This document shows positions 17,222-26,734 of a DNA stretch of 27,113 nt, piece by piece. The stretch is from NCBI GenBank assembly GCA_040219255.1, contig JAVJSW010000061.1, positions 1-27,113 of the forward strand, read 5' to 3'. The stretch is from Sumerlaeia bacterium (GTDB lineage Bacteria > Sumerlaeota > Sumerlaeia > SLMS01 > JAHLLQ01). The position numbers and the translations under genes are program-made. Position 1 is the stretch's first letter, and every line of letters begins with the position of its first letter. Under the pieces are notes generated by a model, which made no database searches, had not been told where the DNA came from, and was given only the letters and a program-made list of their open reading frames with translations.

Positions 17222-19407
17222 GGAAGCATCGAGTTCATCGGGCGCCGCTCGCAATCGTCCAGGTAGGCCGTGAAATGCTTTGTCAAGTCCGGGTCGAAGC
17301 ACTTGCCGGCTTCGGAGCGGAGGACGTCGAGGGCTTGCCGGCCAGTCATGGGGGTCGAGTAGGGGCGCGAAGTCGTCATGGCGTCGTAGCTGTCGGCGAT
17401 CTTGATCAGGCGGGCGCCGATGGGAATGTCCACGCCCTTGAGCAAGCCCGGGTAGGCGGGGAAGCGGCACGAGGTTTCCCCGTCCCAGCGCTCATGATGG
17501 GCGGCCAACAGCAGGGCCACCTCGCCGATGTAGGGAACTTCCTTGAGGATGTCCTGTCCGGCCTGGGGGTGGGTCTGGACGAGTTCGTACTCGCGGGGCG
17601 AGAGGGGGCCGGTGCGCGACAGAATCTGCGTGGGGATGGAAATCTTGCCCACGTCGTGCAGCAGCGCCGCCAGGGCAACCGCTTCGATTTCCGCCTGCGA
17701 CCACTTGGCCCGCTGGGCGATGGAAACGCACAGGTTCATCACGCGCAGCGCGTGGGCGTGGTAGTAGGGTTCTTTTTCATAGAGGACGCGCAGGATCTTG
17801 CTGAGCGAATGGTTCCAGCGGCTCAGGTCTTCCGGGCGGGTCGAGATCAGTTTGCGCAGCAGATCGCGCCGCGCCTGCTCTTCCTTGTGGGCGTAGAGGG
17901 CTTTGTCGGCGCTGTCGAGAAGGTGCTGGGCCGAGGCCCCCTGGGCCGAGCGCAGTCCGCAGGAGAGGCTGTAAGCCCAGTGCTCGCGGTTGAGCGTCTT
18001 GGCCTTTTCCCGGGCGGTTTGCAGGATGCGCTCGCGCAGCACTTCCGCCTGTTCGGCGCTTGTGTTCGGCATCAGGACCACGAATTCGTCGCCGCCGTAG
18101 CGGGCCACGAGATCGGTTTCCCGGGCCGCGATGCGCAACACGTCGGCGGTCGCCACGATGGCTTCGTCGCCAGCGATGTGCGAGTAGGTATCGTTGAGCT
18201 TCTTGAACCGGTCGATGTCGATCATCAGGATGCTGAGCGGCAAATCGTAGCGCACCGCGCGCGCCACTTCGCGCTGCAGCGCCACGTCGAACCCGCGGCG
18301 GTTCACCAGGCCTGTCATACCGTCCTGCTCGGCCAGACGCCGCGCCCGCGCCAGCAGGTGGGCACCCTCGATAGCCGAGGCCACCGTGTTGGCATAAAGT
18401 TGCAGACCGACGAGCCGCTGTGGCGAGACCTGGCAGCGGTTCGCGTCGTGGTCGGCGAAGAGCACGCCGATGGGCCGGCCCGCCATCAGCAGCGGCAGCG
18501 ACAGCGCGTGGTAGCGGAGCCCTTTCGAGGCCTTGGGGAAAAGGGTGGATCCCTCCACCTCGGGCAACCAATTGGCCGTGCCATCGCGATAGGTCCGAAC
18601 CAGAAGGTTGTCGCTCGAGTCGATATCCATGGAAATACTGCGCAGGATCGTCGGGTCGAATCCCATGCCGCCGACAGCCTTGAGGCAGTTGGTTTTATCG
18701 ATGTAGCTCAGGATCAGGCATCGGGTGGCGTTGAGGCGCTCGACCATGATTTCGCCCGCCAGTTCGGGGCAGCTTTGTTCCTGATCGGTGCTTTGCAACA
18801 GGGTGGCCGACTCGAGGATGTCTTGCAGATCGTTGCGCTCGCGGCGCATGCGCTCGTACTCGTGGCATCCGGGCAGCGCTTCCTCCGCCGCGGCCAGCAG
18901 CGGCGTCAGCGCCGGCAGGGCGGTCTCCAGGGCGGGCAAATCATCCTTCGACACCGCGAAGGCCATGTAGCCGCAGACATCGCGATGCGAGCGCAGGGGC
19001 AGCATCAGGGTGCAGACCGGGCCGGTGGGCGGGGGGGACTGAGCGCTGGAAGTTTCGCCCGCGCCAAGACGCTTGGCGATCGTGCCTTCGACGCCGTAGA
19101 GGGCGGGAGCCTGGAGGGAGAAGCCGCCTTGCTCGTCGCTCGGGCCCTCCGCCTCCGCCGGATAGGGACGCCCGCCAGTGAGGATTCCGTTGCGCAGCCG
19201 CAGACTGATGCGAACCGAGGAGTCTTCCGGATGAGCCAGCGTCATGCGGGCTTCGCGGATTTGAACGGCCGCCACACGCTCCACGGCGCTGCCGAATCGC
19301 TCCAACAGGGACGAGTAATCCAGCGCCCCGAAGAGAGACTCTCTCAGGGGTGGGATCAGGTCATCCGGTGTCTCTTTGGAACGCGGAAGCACGGTCGAAA
19401 AGGCCAT
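17218..19407 (-). CDS. GAF + GGDEF + HD-GYP cyclic di-GMP turnover protein
   Basis: GAF (LSLPLLMAGRPIGVLFAD); DGMTGLVNRR, DIDRFKKLND and RETDLVARYGGDEF; HDVGK, HHERWDG, AYP and IADSYDAMTTSRPY. Confidence 0.95.
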   Translation of the reverse strand: MAFSTVLPRSKETPDDLIPPLRESLFGALDYSSLLERFGSAVERVAAVQIREARMTLAHPEDSSVRISLRLRNGILTGGRPYPAEAEGPSDEQGGFSLQAPALYGVEGTIAKRLGAGETSSAQSPPPTGPVCTLMLPLRSHRDVCGYMAFAVSKDDLPALETALPALTPLLAAAEEALPGCHEYERMRRERNDLQDILESATLLQSTDQEQSCPELAGEIMVERLNATRCLILSYIDKTNCLKAVGGMGFDPTILRSISMDIDSSDNLLVRTYRDGTANWLPEVEGSTLFPKASKGLRYHALSLPLLMAGRPIGVLFADHDANRCQVSPQRLVGLQLYANTVASAIEGAHLLARARRLAEQDGMTGLVNRRGFDVALQREVARAVRYDLPLSILMIDIDRFKKLNDTYSHIAGDEAIVATADVLRIAARETDLVARYGGDEFVVLMPNTSAEQAEVLRERILQTAREKAKTLNREHWAYSLSCGLRSAQGASAQHLLDSADKALYAHKEEQARRDLLRKLISTRPEDLSRWNHSLSKILRVLYEKEPYYHAHALRVMNLCVSIAQRAKWSQAEIEAVALAALLHDVGKISIPTQILSRTGPLSPREYELVQTHPQAGQDILKEVPYIGEVALLLAAHHERWDGETSCRFPAYPGLLKGVDIPIGARLIKIADSYDAMTTSRPYSTPMTGRQALDVLRSEAGKCFDPDLTKHFTAYLDDCERRPMNSMLP

Positions 19408-19606
19408 TCAATAAAATCGGACCCGGCATTGCCCCGACGATACCCGCAGGTCCCGCAGCCGGACTCCACAACTCCTCGGCAATCTTTGGCGGTGAACTAA
19501 AGTTTGCTCAGCCAACACAGTGAACAGCGAACCAATTCTCAGCAGACTTGTCAGCAGGAAAGTGACTTTTGTGTGTCAATTTGTCTAGCAATTCGCACCG
19601 GATTTC

Positions 19607-22015
19607 TCAGTCTTTCAAATTGAAGTCGAACCGGTTCTCCACGCCCGCCTCCAGAGTGATCGACGTTCTCGAATCGCGCCATCTCGGCGTGGAGCGATTC
19701 GCGGACACGTAGGCCTCCGCCTCGCCTTGCGCCAGACCCTCGATCCGGTATCGGCCACGCCAGTCGGTAAAGGCCGCCACGCCATCCACGAACACCGCGG
19801 CCCCGGCGATCGGTTCGCCGCTGGCGCCATCGCGCACCGTGCCGGTCACGGTGGCGGCGGGGGAGAGAGCCAGCGAACCGAGATCGAGTGCGTCCTCCGC
19901 GAGTTCCCACTCGCGTGGCAGAAAACCATCCTTCTCCACCCGCAGAACCCAGCCTCCGGGCGGAATGGCCGAGAACCGGAAAGCCCCCCCCTCGTCCGTC
20001 CGGGTGCTGGCGATAGACTGCCATCCCACCGGCGTTTCCATTCCCAGGTCCACCCGCGCATCCGCCAGGCGTTGGCCCGTCGCGCCGGCTTCGACCCGTC
20101 CGGCGATCGAGGAATCTTCGAGGGAGCCGTCAGCCAATGTCAGGTCGAGGATCTGGCTGGGACCGGGTTCGGCGCGGACGCCCTCCCTCACGGCGGAACC
20201 GGCACCCTGCGCCCGAAGCACCAAAGTCAGCGGACCGCGCGGCAGCCCGGACAGTCGAAATTCCCCACTGGCGCTTTCCAAAACTTCGCCCCGCTGCATG
20301 CGGATCGGTCCCTGCGCGATCACGGTGCTTTCGACGCGAGGGACCGCCCCGCCCGCCGCGTCCCGTACCCGCAGGCGCAGCCCATGGCTCAGGTCGATGC
20401 GCAACGTGACAGGGAAATCTTCCACCCCATACATGCCGTGCTCCGCCAGGACGCGAAAGAACGCTTCCCGGCGAAGCACCGAGCCGTCCGATGTCAGGCG
20501 CAGCGAGCACTCCCCGGCTCCATCGAAGGCGAAGGCGCCCTGCGCATCCGTAATCGCTTCTCGGCGGCAGGCCAGATCGCAGGCCTCGCACAGCGCCAAG
20601 ATCCGGTGATCGGCCAGCGGCAGCCCACGCTCGTCCACAAGGCGTCCCGCCAGGGCGCTGCCTCCGGCTTCGCGCTGGCGAAGCACGATTTCCAGACTCG
20701 CCGGCGCCTCCTCGTCAACTCCCGTTCGTTGACTCTCGAAACCGGGCGCCGTGGTTGACAGGGCCACCGGACCCCGCGGCACTCCGGCGAGCGTGAATTC
20801 GCCCCCGGCCCCCGAGGCCGTGCCGGGCGGCGCGGCTCCAAACGCGCGGTAAAGCGCCAACAAGCGAGGCTCGACGTCCTCGACATCGATGGCGGCGCCC
20901 TCGACGGGCGAGCCCGCCTCGTCGCGCACAACGCCCGCGAGCACCCGCCCCGTATCCAGGTGCAGCGTTTCTCGCAAAGCGACTCGCCCGCCGCTGGCCT
21001 CCGCGCCTTCCGGCGAGACCGCCGGCACATACCCGGGCGCCCACGCCGCCACCTGAAACGGCAGCGAGCCGTCCGCCGCGCGGGGGACATGGGGCATTTC
21101 GAAGAACCCGCCGGCTGCGGCTTCCACGGCGTGCGCGTTCTCCAGGTAAGCGGCCGGCGCCTCCGCCCCCGGCACCGCCAGGACCCGGGCCCCGGCCACG
21201 GATTGCCCGCCCGCGTCCGTCACACGGCCCGAAACCCGCACCCCGGGCAGGGGCTCCAATTCGACCCGCAACGGCGCGGCGCCCAAGTCATCCGGAATCG
21301 CCAGGTCAAGGCGCCGCGCCTCGAAACCCGCCAGATCGAATCGCACCTCGTAAGCACCGTCCTCCAACGGAGGAATCCGAAAGAACCCGTTCTCCAGGCT
21401 GAAGAATCCGGGGAAGGCGCCGGGCGGCGATTCCGCCAGAATCCGCACCCCGCCCAGGGGCGCGCCCGTTTCCGCGTCGCGGGTTTCTCCCTCCAGCGGC
21501 GGGTTTCCGGGCAGAAGAAAATCCAGCCCCGTCAGGGCCTCCCCCTGGCCCAGGGAAAACGTGCGCACCGGCCGCGCCGACGGGGGCGACACGAGCGCCA
21601 GCGAGTACTCGCCCGCCGCCAAATCCTCGAAGGCGAACTCGCCTTCGGGCCCCGTGCTCTGGCCCGTTTCCGAGGCGGAGCCTTCCCGCCGAAGGACCAA
21701 CCAGCCGCCGGACACCCCCAGGCCACCCAGCAAGACCTGCCCCTGAAGAGAGCCGGTGCCGGCCGGGTCGGAAGGCGCGGGTTCGAGTGGTGGCGGGATC
21801 TGCGACAGTGCCGGTGTGGGCGCGGGTGTGGAAGAGGGCGTTGGAGAGGGCGTGGCCGATGGCGCGGGCGTTGGCCGGGGAACCGCCTCGGAAACGGTCT
21901 CGCGCAGCGAGCGTTCCGGCGCCCGCCGCCCATGCCAGAGCGCCACAACGCCCAAGCCCGCCGCCATCACCAGCAGCGCCATCACAACCACCCGCGTTTG
22001 GCGAACACTTCCCAT
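19607..22015 (-). CDS. Membrane-anchored protein with tandem carboxypeptidase-regulatory-like (Cna-B/prealbumin-like) domains
   Basis: N-terminal hydrophobic anchor, Pro/Thr linker, then repeated G-x-V-x-D-x-x-G-x-P-x-x-GA-x-V...T-D-x-x-G-x-F units; start set at the ATG at 22015. Confidence 0.85.
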   Translation of the reverse strand: MGSVRQTRVVVMALLVMAAGLGVVALWHGRRAPERSLRETVSEAVPRPTPAPSATPSPTPSSTPAPTPALSQIPPPLEPAPSDPAGTGSLQGQVLLGGLGVSGGWLVLRREGSASETGQSTGPEGEFAFEDLAAGEYSLALVSPPSARPVRTFSLGQGEALTGLDFLLPGNPPLEGETRDAETGAPLGGVRILAESPPGAFPGFFSLENGFFRIPPLEDGAYEVRFDLAGFEARRLDLAIPDDLGAAPLRVELEPLPGVRVSGRVTDAGGQSVAGARVLAVPGAEAPAAYLENAHAVEAAAGGFFEMPHVPRAADGSLPFQVAAWAPGYVPAVSPEGAEASGGRVALRETLHLDTGRVLAGVVRDEAGSPVEGAAIDVEDVEPRLLALYRAFGAAPPGTASGAGGEFTLAGVPRGPVALSTTAPGFESQRTGVDEEAPASLEIVLRQREAGGSALAGRLVDERGLPLADHRILALCEACDLACRREAITDAQGAFAFDGAGECSLRLTSDGSVLRREAFFRVLAEHGMYGVEDFPVTLRIDLSHGLRLRVRDAAGGAVPRVESTVIAQGPIRMQRGEVLESASGEFRLSGLPRGPLTLVLRAQGAGSAVREGVRAEPGPSQILDLTLADGSLEDSSIAGRVEAGATGQRLADARVDLGMETPVGWQSIASTRTDEGGAFRFSAIPPGGWVLRVEKDGFLPREWELAEDALDLGSLALSPAATVTGTVRDGASGEPIAGAAVFVDGVAAFTDWRGRYRIEGLAQGEAEAYVSANRSTPRWRDSRTSITLEAGVENRFDFNLKD

Positions 22016-22046
22016 GGGGCCGGTTATCCTTTGACCAGGTGAAGGA

Positions 22047-23870
22047 TCAGACGCCCGCCCGCAGCAACTCGCGCAACTCCGCCGTCGAGCGCTTGAAGGT
22101 CTCGAAAGCATCCGTCAGGACCTTCGGATCGGTCAGGTCCACGCCGCCCATCTTCACCAAATCCAACGGATCGGCGGACCCGCCGGAACGCAGGAAGTCC
22201 AGGTACTGATCGCGCAGTTTCGCATCGCCGAGGATGCGCTGGCTGAACACCTGCGCCGCGCAGAAACCGGTCGCGTACTTGTACACGTAGAAGTCGTAAT
22301 AGAAGTGCGGAATGCGCATCCATTCATAGGCGATGCGCGGGTCGGCCTTCACGCCGGGGCCGTAGTAGGCGGCGTTCAGCTCGTAATAGCGTTCCGCGAT
22401 GGCCTCGGCGGTCAGGGGCTCGCCGCTCTGATCCATCTCGTGCAGGATGCGTTCGAACTCGGCGAACTGGGTCTGGCGGAAGACGGTGCCCTTGAACTGA
22501 TCGCACTGGTGATTCAGCAGATAAGCGCGGAACTTGGGATCGTCCGTCGTCTCCAGCAGGTAATTCAGCAGCAGCGCCTCGTTCGTCGTCGAGGCGATCT
22601 CGGCCACGAAAATCGTGTAGTCGGCGTAGCGATACGGCTGCTTGCGATGCGACAGCCACGTGTGCATCGAGTGCCCCAGTTCGTGCGCCAGCGTGAACAC
22701 GTGGTCCAGCGTGCCCTGATAATTCATCAGCACGTACGGATGCGTGCTGTAGCACCCGCCGCTGTAGGCGCCGCTGCGCTTGCCCTTGTTCTCGTACACG
22801 TCGATCCAGCGGTCGGAGAACGCGCTCTTCAGGCCGCCGAGGTACTCCTCGCCCATCGGCTCGCAAGAGCGCGTCACCCACTCGCAGGCTTCGCCCCACG
22901 AAACCTTCATGTCGTAATCGGGCACCAGCGAGACGTACTGATCGTACATGTCGAGTTGGTCGAGGCCGAGCATTTCCTTGCGCAGATCGATGTAATCGTG
23001 GAACGCGGGCAGGGCCGTATGCACCGCCTCGATCAGCGCGTCGTAGAGCTTCACCGGCACGTTGTCGGGGTGCAGCGCCGCCTCGAGCGCCGAGTCGAAA
23101 TGGCGGATTCCAGCGGTATAGTTGTTCAACTTCACCGACCCGCCGAGCGTCGAAGCCAGCGTGTTCTTGTACCCGATGTAGGTGTCGTAGAGCGTCTCGA
23201 AAGCGCGGCGGCGCACATCGCGGTCCTTGCTTTCCAGGAACGTCACGAAGCGCCCGTTCGAGAGCGGCTGGGCTTCGCCCTTTTCATCCTTCACGTCCGG
23301 AAAACTCATGTCCGCGTTCGTCAGGTAAGTGAACGTCTGATAAGGCGTCGCGAAGATCTGCGAGGCTTTCGACAGCAGCGTTTCCTCGGCGTCGCTGAGG
23401 GTGTGGGGTTTCTGGCGGATCAGCTCCTTCATCGTGCGGCGATAATCCGCCAGCGCCGCGTCCTCCGCCCAGGCCCGCAGCGATTCCTCCGGATGCGCCA
23501 GAATCTCCGGCCGGATCCAAGCCGTCTTGCCGCGCACTTCCGCCACCTTGGCGGCGACACGCTGGTGCCGCGCCTGGTTCGTGCTGTTGCCCGTGTCCTC
23601 GTCCTCGCGGTGATGGGCGTAGGAATACAGCCGGTCGATCGTCTGCCAGAACGCGTCCTCCAGTCGGAAGCACTCCGCCAGCGCCGCGGCGCTGGCGAGC
23701 TTGCCCTGGAGCGCCAGGAGGGGCTTGAGCGACTCGTCGATGCGCCGGAAATCCGCGTCCCAGGCATCGGGCGTCGCGTAAATCGCTTCGAGATTCCACC
23801 GGTCCGGGGCCGGAATATCGTCCCGGTTGGGGATGCGCTGTGTCGCGGGAGCTTCGCTGGTTGCCGCCAT
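22047..23870 (-). CDS. pepF: Oligoendopeptidase F (M3B)
   Basis: WNLEAIY, WIDVYENKGKRSGAYS, TLAHELGHSMH, FVAEIAST and RIPHFY..FYVYKYATG motifs; start set at the ATG at 23870. Confidence 0.96.
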   Translation of the reverse strand: MAATSEAPATQRIPNRDDIPAPDRWNLEAIYATPDAWDADFRRIDESLKPLLALQGKLASAAALAECFRLEDAFWQTIDRLYSYAHHREDEDTGNSTNQARHQRVAAKVAEVRGKTAWIRPEILAHPEESLRAWAEDAALADYRRTMKELIRQKPHTLSDAEETLLSKASQIFATPYQTFTYLTNADMSFPDVKDEKGEAQPLSNGRFVTFLESKDRDVRRRAFETLYDTYIGYKNTLASTLGGSVKLNNYTAGIRHFDSALEAALHPDNVPVKLYDALIEAVHTALPAFHDYIDLRKEMLGLDQLDMYDQYVSLVPDYDMKVSWGEACEWVTRSCEPMGEEYLGGLKSAFSDRWIDVYENKGKRSGAYSGGCYSTHPYVLMNYQGTLDHVFTLAHELGHSMHTWLSHRKQPYRYADYTIFVAEIASTTNEALLLNYLLETTDDPKFRAYLLNHQCDQFKGTVFRQTQFAEFERILHEMDQSGEPLTAEAIAERYYELNAAYYGPGVKADPRIAYEWMRIPHFYYDFYVYKYATGFCAAQVFSQRILGDAKLRDQYLDFLRSGGSADPLDLVKMGGVDLTDPKVLTDAFETFKRSTAELRELLRAGV

Positions 23871-24037
23871 GGAGAATTGAACCCTTGCAAGAAAATCGTC
23901 ACCGGCCGCGCCGGAGCGAACCAACGGCAGCCAATCCCGGACCATGCCCGGGGCCGATGGCGCGGACAACGGCAAAGAGGAACCCCTGAACCTCTACCAG
24001 GTTGAACGCACCGATTCCGACGCCCGCGCGAGGAGTG

Positions 24038-24153
24038 GCCACGGATTGGCACGGATAAGCACACCATTCCCCTCAATGGACGGTGTTGAGCCCCGCGCCC
24101 ACGCCCCTCACCCCTGGCCCTCATCCAAATCCCGATCCGTGCCCATCCGTGGC
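24038..24153. repeat. 116-bp element bounded by 19-bp inverted repeats (MITE/REP-like)
   Basis: GCCACGGATTGGCACGGAT (24038-24056) vs ATCCGTGCCCATCCGTGGC (24135-24153), one mismatch; each arm contains two CACGGAT units. Confidence 0.65.
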
Positions 24154-24267
24154 GATTCCCCCTCTGAACAGCGCCCGCGCTTCACCTCCGCGCTTCACAA
24201 AACCGATTGGCACCCCGCCCCGCCCCGCGCATAATCATCTCCAACGTCCCACCCCGGAATCGCGACC

Positions 24268-25200
24268 ATGCCGAGTTGCCGCCCGCACAAACCGCCGCCC
24301 CGCGACGTCGCCGCCGATTTCGAGGCCTACTCCTCCGAAACCTGGGTCGATACCGATGGGCTCATCGTCCAGCCCCAGAGCGGTCTCACCTACACCACCT
24401 ATATGGACGACGTCCGCCTCTCGAACGCCGTCACCGTCGAGCACAACGTCATCGGCCCCGGCAGTATCGCCCATTTCCTGCGCAACCGCGTTATCGAACC
24501 CGCCGTCGCCGCCCTGCCCACCGTCACCGACTCGTGGTTCCATTACGACCAGGTCGGCTCAGTCATGACCGTCACCAACCCGAGCGGCGCCTTCTCGCGC
24601 GAAGTGTACAAGGACGCCTTCGGCAACGTGATGGACAACTGGGCCACGGGCCTCTGGGCCAACGCCAACGGCCAGAGTGGCTGGGGACATAACACGAAGG
24701 AGTTCGCTGGGGATGTGGGGTTGGTTTATATGTACCAGAGGTGGTACAATGGGAAGATTGGGGTGTTCGCGAGTACGGCGCCGTATCCGCCAATGATTGA
24801 GCATAGTTACTCGTTCGCCGAGTCTGATCCAATCCAGAAGGTGGATCCTTATGGTCGTGTTGTGGAAGTTTGCTGGAGCAATGCGTTTGGAGCAGGAGGT
24901 ATTTTGGGGCGGCACTTCTGGCTGAAGGGTGATGGAAGAGAATGTGGGCAAACTCAGTCTAGTGGGGGCGGTGACACAGATCACAGTGGTCGAACGGCTG
25001 AAGGCTGTTCGGAGGTTCCGGGATCAGAAGGAAAAGAAAAGGCAATTATGGACTGTATTTGTAGTGGAGGGACTAACGGAGGGCTTTGGTTTCCATGGGT
25101 AAAAGACTGCAAGAGCGAAGTAGGTGACTGCCTCAAGGAGCAAGGTCTGAATATGCCGGACGATGTGCCTAACAGACATCCAGGAATTGGGGTATTTTGA
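24268..25200 (+). CDS. 5'-truncated (orphan) RHS repeat-associated core with polymorphic C-terminal toxin domain
   Basis: FHYDQVGSV, DAFGN, GLVYMYQRWY and PIQKVDPYG core end, then a 114-aa variable tip; no long YD-repeat region; the start codon is doubtful. Confidence 0.82.
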   Translation: MPSCRPHKPPPRDVAADFEAYSSETWVDTDGLIVQPQSGLTYTTYMDDVRLSNAVTVEHNVIGPGSIAHFLRNRVIEPAVAALPTVTDSWFHYDQVGSVMTVTNPSGAFSREVYKDAFGNVMDNWATGLWANANGQSGWGHNTKEFAGDVGLVYMYQRWYNGKIGVFASTAPYPPMIEHSYSFAESDPIQKVDPYGRVVEVCWSNAFGAGGILGRHFWLKGDGRECGQTQSSGGGDTDHSGRTAEGCSEVPGSEGKEKAIMDCICSGGTNGGLWFPWVKDCKSEVGDCLKEQGLNMPDDVPNRHPGIGVF

Positions 25201-25203
25201 AGC

Positions 25204-26154
25204 ATGAACGCCTATGCAAATGGAAAACAAGTGGTCACGATTTTATGTATAGCTGTATTGAATGGCATAATGATTTGTCTTAGCTCCTGTTCTTCTACGG
25301 CGGTGCAAAGTAGTAGCGCCAGAATGGCCAATGCTGAGACGCCGAATTCTTCCAATGAGGAATCTCGTGATTTGAAAATGGCTTCTAAAGGCTTCTCCGA
25401 GACAGAGATGTATTTGCTGGAAAATGAGAACTTGGAATCCAAGTATGGACACATGGTTACATTCAGCAAAGATAGTTTCAGGAAATATCTCGACACAAGG
25501 CGTGGTAATGAGCGGTTGTACATCGATTACGCAAGAAGTTCCGATGGTCGCTTCCTGTACATATGGGCTTATGAGTATGTCGAAAATATCCAAAAGTCCG
25601 ATTTCTTTTGGATCGTCGACCACAATGGAAGTATAATTTCTTCCTTAGAGGGAGAGATGGCTCGTTCGGCTCACGAAGAATATATACACCCGCTTGCGCG
25701 AGGAATATACATGCCAGAATGGGAAATGCACTCTCCAACTGGTTTGTACGCTGCATTTATTGACAAATCAGGTGTTCTAAACGTCGGAAAGTTTGAGTCA
25801 GGAGAATATCACGTAATTCGCACTATGGATGGCGTTCCAGATGGACTTAATCTGAGCTTTCCACCCAATTTGATGTTTGAAACATCTGATGGAGTTGTGC
25901 TTTTTTTGGGAAACCGCATGGCTATCCACTTAAATGACGATGGTGTGATCTATAATAAAGAATTGGTCTTTGAAAATGAGGGAAAGTTTCCTGCTGAAGC
26001 TGTCTCCTTAGACGGTAATTATGCCATTTTAAAAGAATCTTATGGTGTTTTGCCCTTCTTCGGCGGCGTGAGACTGTTTCTTTATGACATACAAAATAGT
26101 GAGCGTTTGCAAACATTAAAGACAGCTTCAAATAGGGTTCTATGGATGAAATAG
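25204..26154 (+). CDS. Low-GC predicted lipoprotein, candidate immunity protein
   Basis: Starts 3 nt after the toxin stop; hydrophobic stretch ending in lipobox LSSC; SSDGRFL, SPTGLYA and SLDGNYA beta-propeller-like turns; clearly AT-richer than the host genes. Confidence 0.7.
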   Translation: MNAYANGKQVVTILCIAVLNGIMICLSSCSSTAVQSSSARMANAETPNSSNEESRDLKMASKGFSETEMYLLENENLESKYGHMVTFSKDSFRKYLDTRRGNERLYIDYARSSDGRFLYIWAYEYVENIQKSDFFWIVDHNGSIISSLEGEMARSAHEEYIHPLARGIYMPEWEMHSPTGLYAAFIDKSGVLNVGKFESGEYHVIRTMDGVPDGLNLSFPPNLMFETSDGVVLFLGNRMAIHLNDDGVIYNKELVFENEGKFPAEAVSLDGNYAILKESYGVLPFFGGVRLFLYDIQNSERLQTLKTASNRVLWMK

Positions 26155-26208
26155 GCTCGTATCCCAGTGATATAGATCTCGCCACGCAAGTCGCCCACCC
26201 CCCCCCCT

Positions 26209-26525
26209 CTAATACTCCACCCGAAACGTCGGGCTCTCCTCCACCCTCTCCCCGCGCCGGTCATACATTTTCGTAGTCGAGATGTCCGCGTGGCCCAGCC
26301 ACGCCTGCACCCGGGCGATGTCGGCGCCGTGGTCGAGGGCGTTCGTGGCCGCCGTGGCCCTCAGGGCGTGGGGGCCGATGCCTGAGGCGGCGATGCCCGC
26401 TTCCCGGCAACAACGCCCGACGATTTCGCGATGCACGCTCCCCGGATCGAGCCCCCGTGCTAAGCCGCCCGGCGCCGCATTGTTGACCACGGGCCGGAAC
26501 AGCGCCCCGCCCGTGTCCTCGCCCC
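26209..26525 (-). pseudogene. C-terminal fragment of a tyrosine recombinase/integrase
   Basis: GALFRPV, PHALRATAATNAL, QAWLGHADISTTKMYD and ESPTFRVEY*; the N-terminal domain and first catalytic Arg box are absent. Confidence 0.85.
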
Positions 26526-26734
26526 CAATCAGCGTCTCTCCGCGTCCATCTCGCGGTTCCAAACTCCTCCCTCTCCTCGACTTATCCGCCCCTAAGCTCC
26601 TCAACTCCCTTTAGTCTGATAAGTGTATTTTGTCTTTCTTGTCCCCGAAGCTCCACATGAGGGGACAAACGAACAAGCCTGTGAAACCCTTCCTCCATCA
26701 CGCCTGACCCACAGGAACCACCCGCCATGAAACG

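Noticed and set aside
18380-18800. GAF domain of the GGDEF protein as a bilin-binding phytochrome or cyanobacteriochrome sensor
   Set aside because: No DIP/PASDIP, DxCF or CH motifs are visible, and the gene is in a separate, convergent transcription unit.
21800-21880. Repetitive GGCGTG/GGTGTG tract as a DNA repeat
   Set aside because: It encodes the Pro/Thr/Ser linker of the minus-strand surface protein.
26209-26604. Intact 131-aa integrase
   Set aside because: Similarity begins only near GEDTGGALFRPV; the sequence upstream is unrelated and lacks the first catalytic Arg region, so it is treated as a fragment.
26612-26640. dif/Xer-like site (TAGTCTGATAAGTGTATTTTGTC); also GCGCATAATCATCT near 24227
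   Set aside because: Only one arm resembles the consensus and the XerD arm or spacing does not fit; cannot be supported without a lineage-specific dif model.
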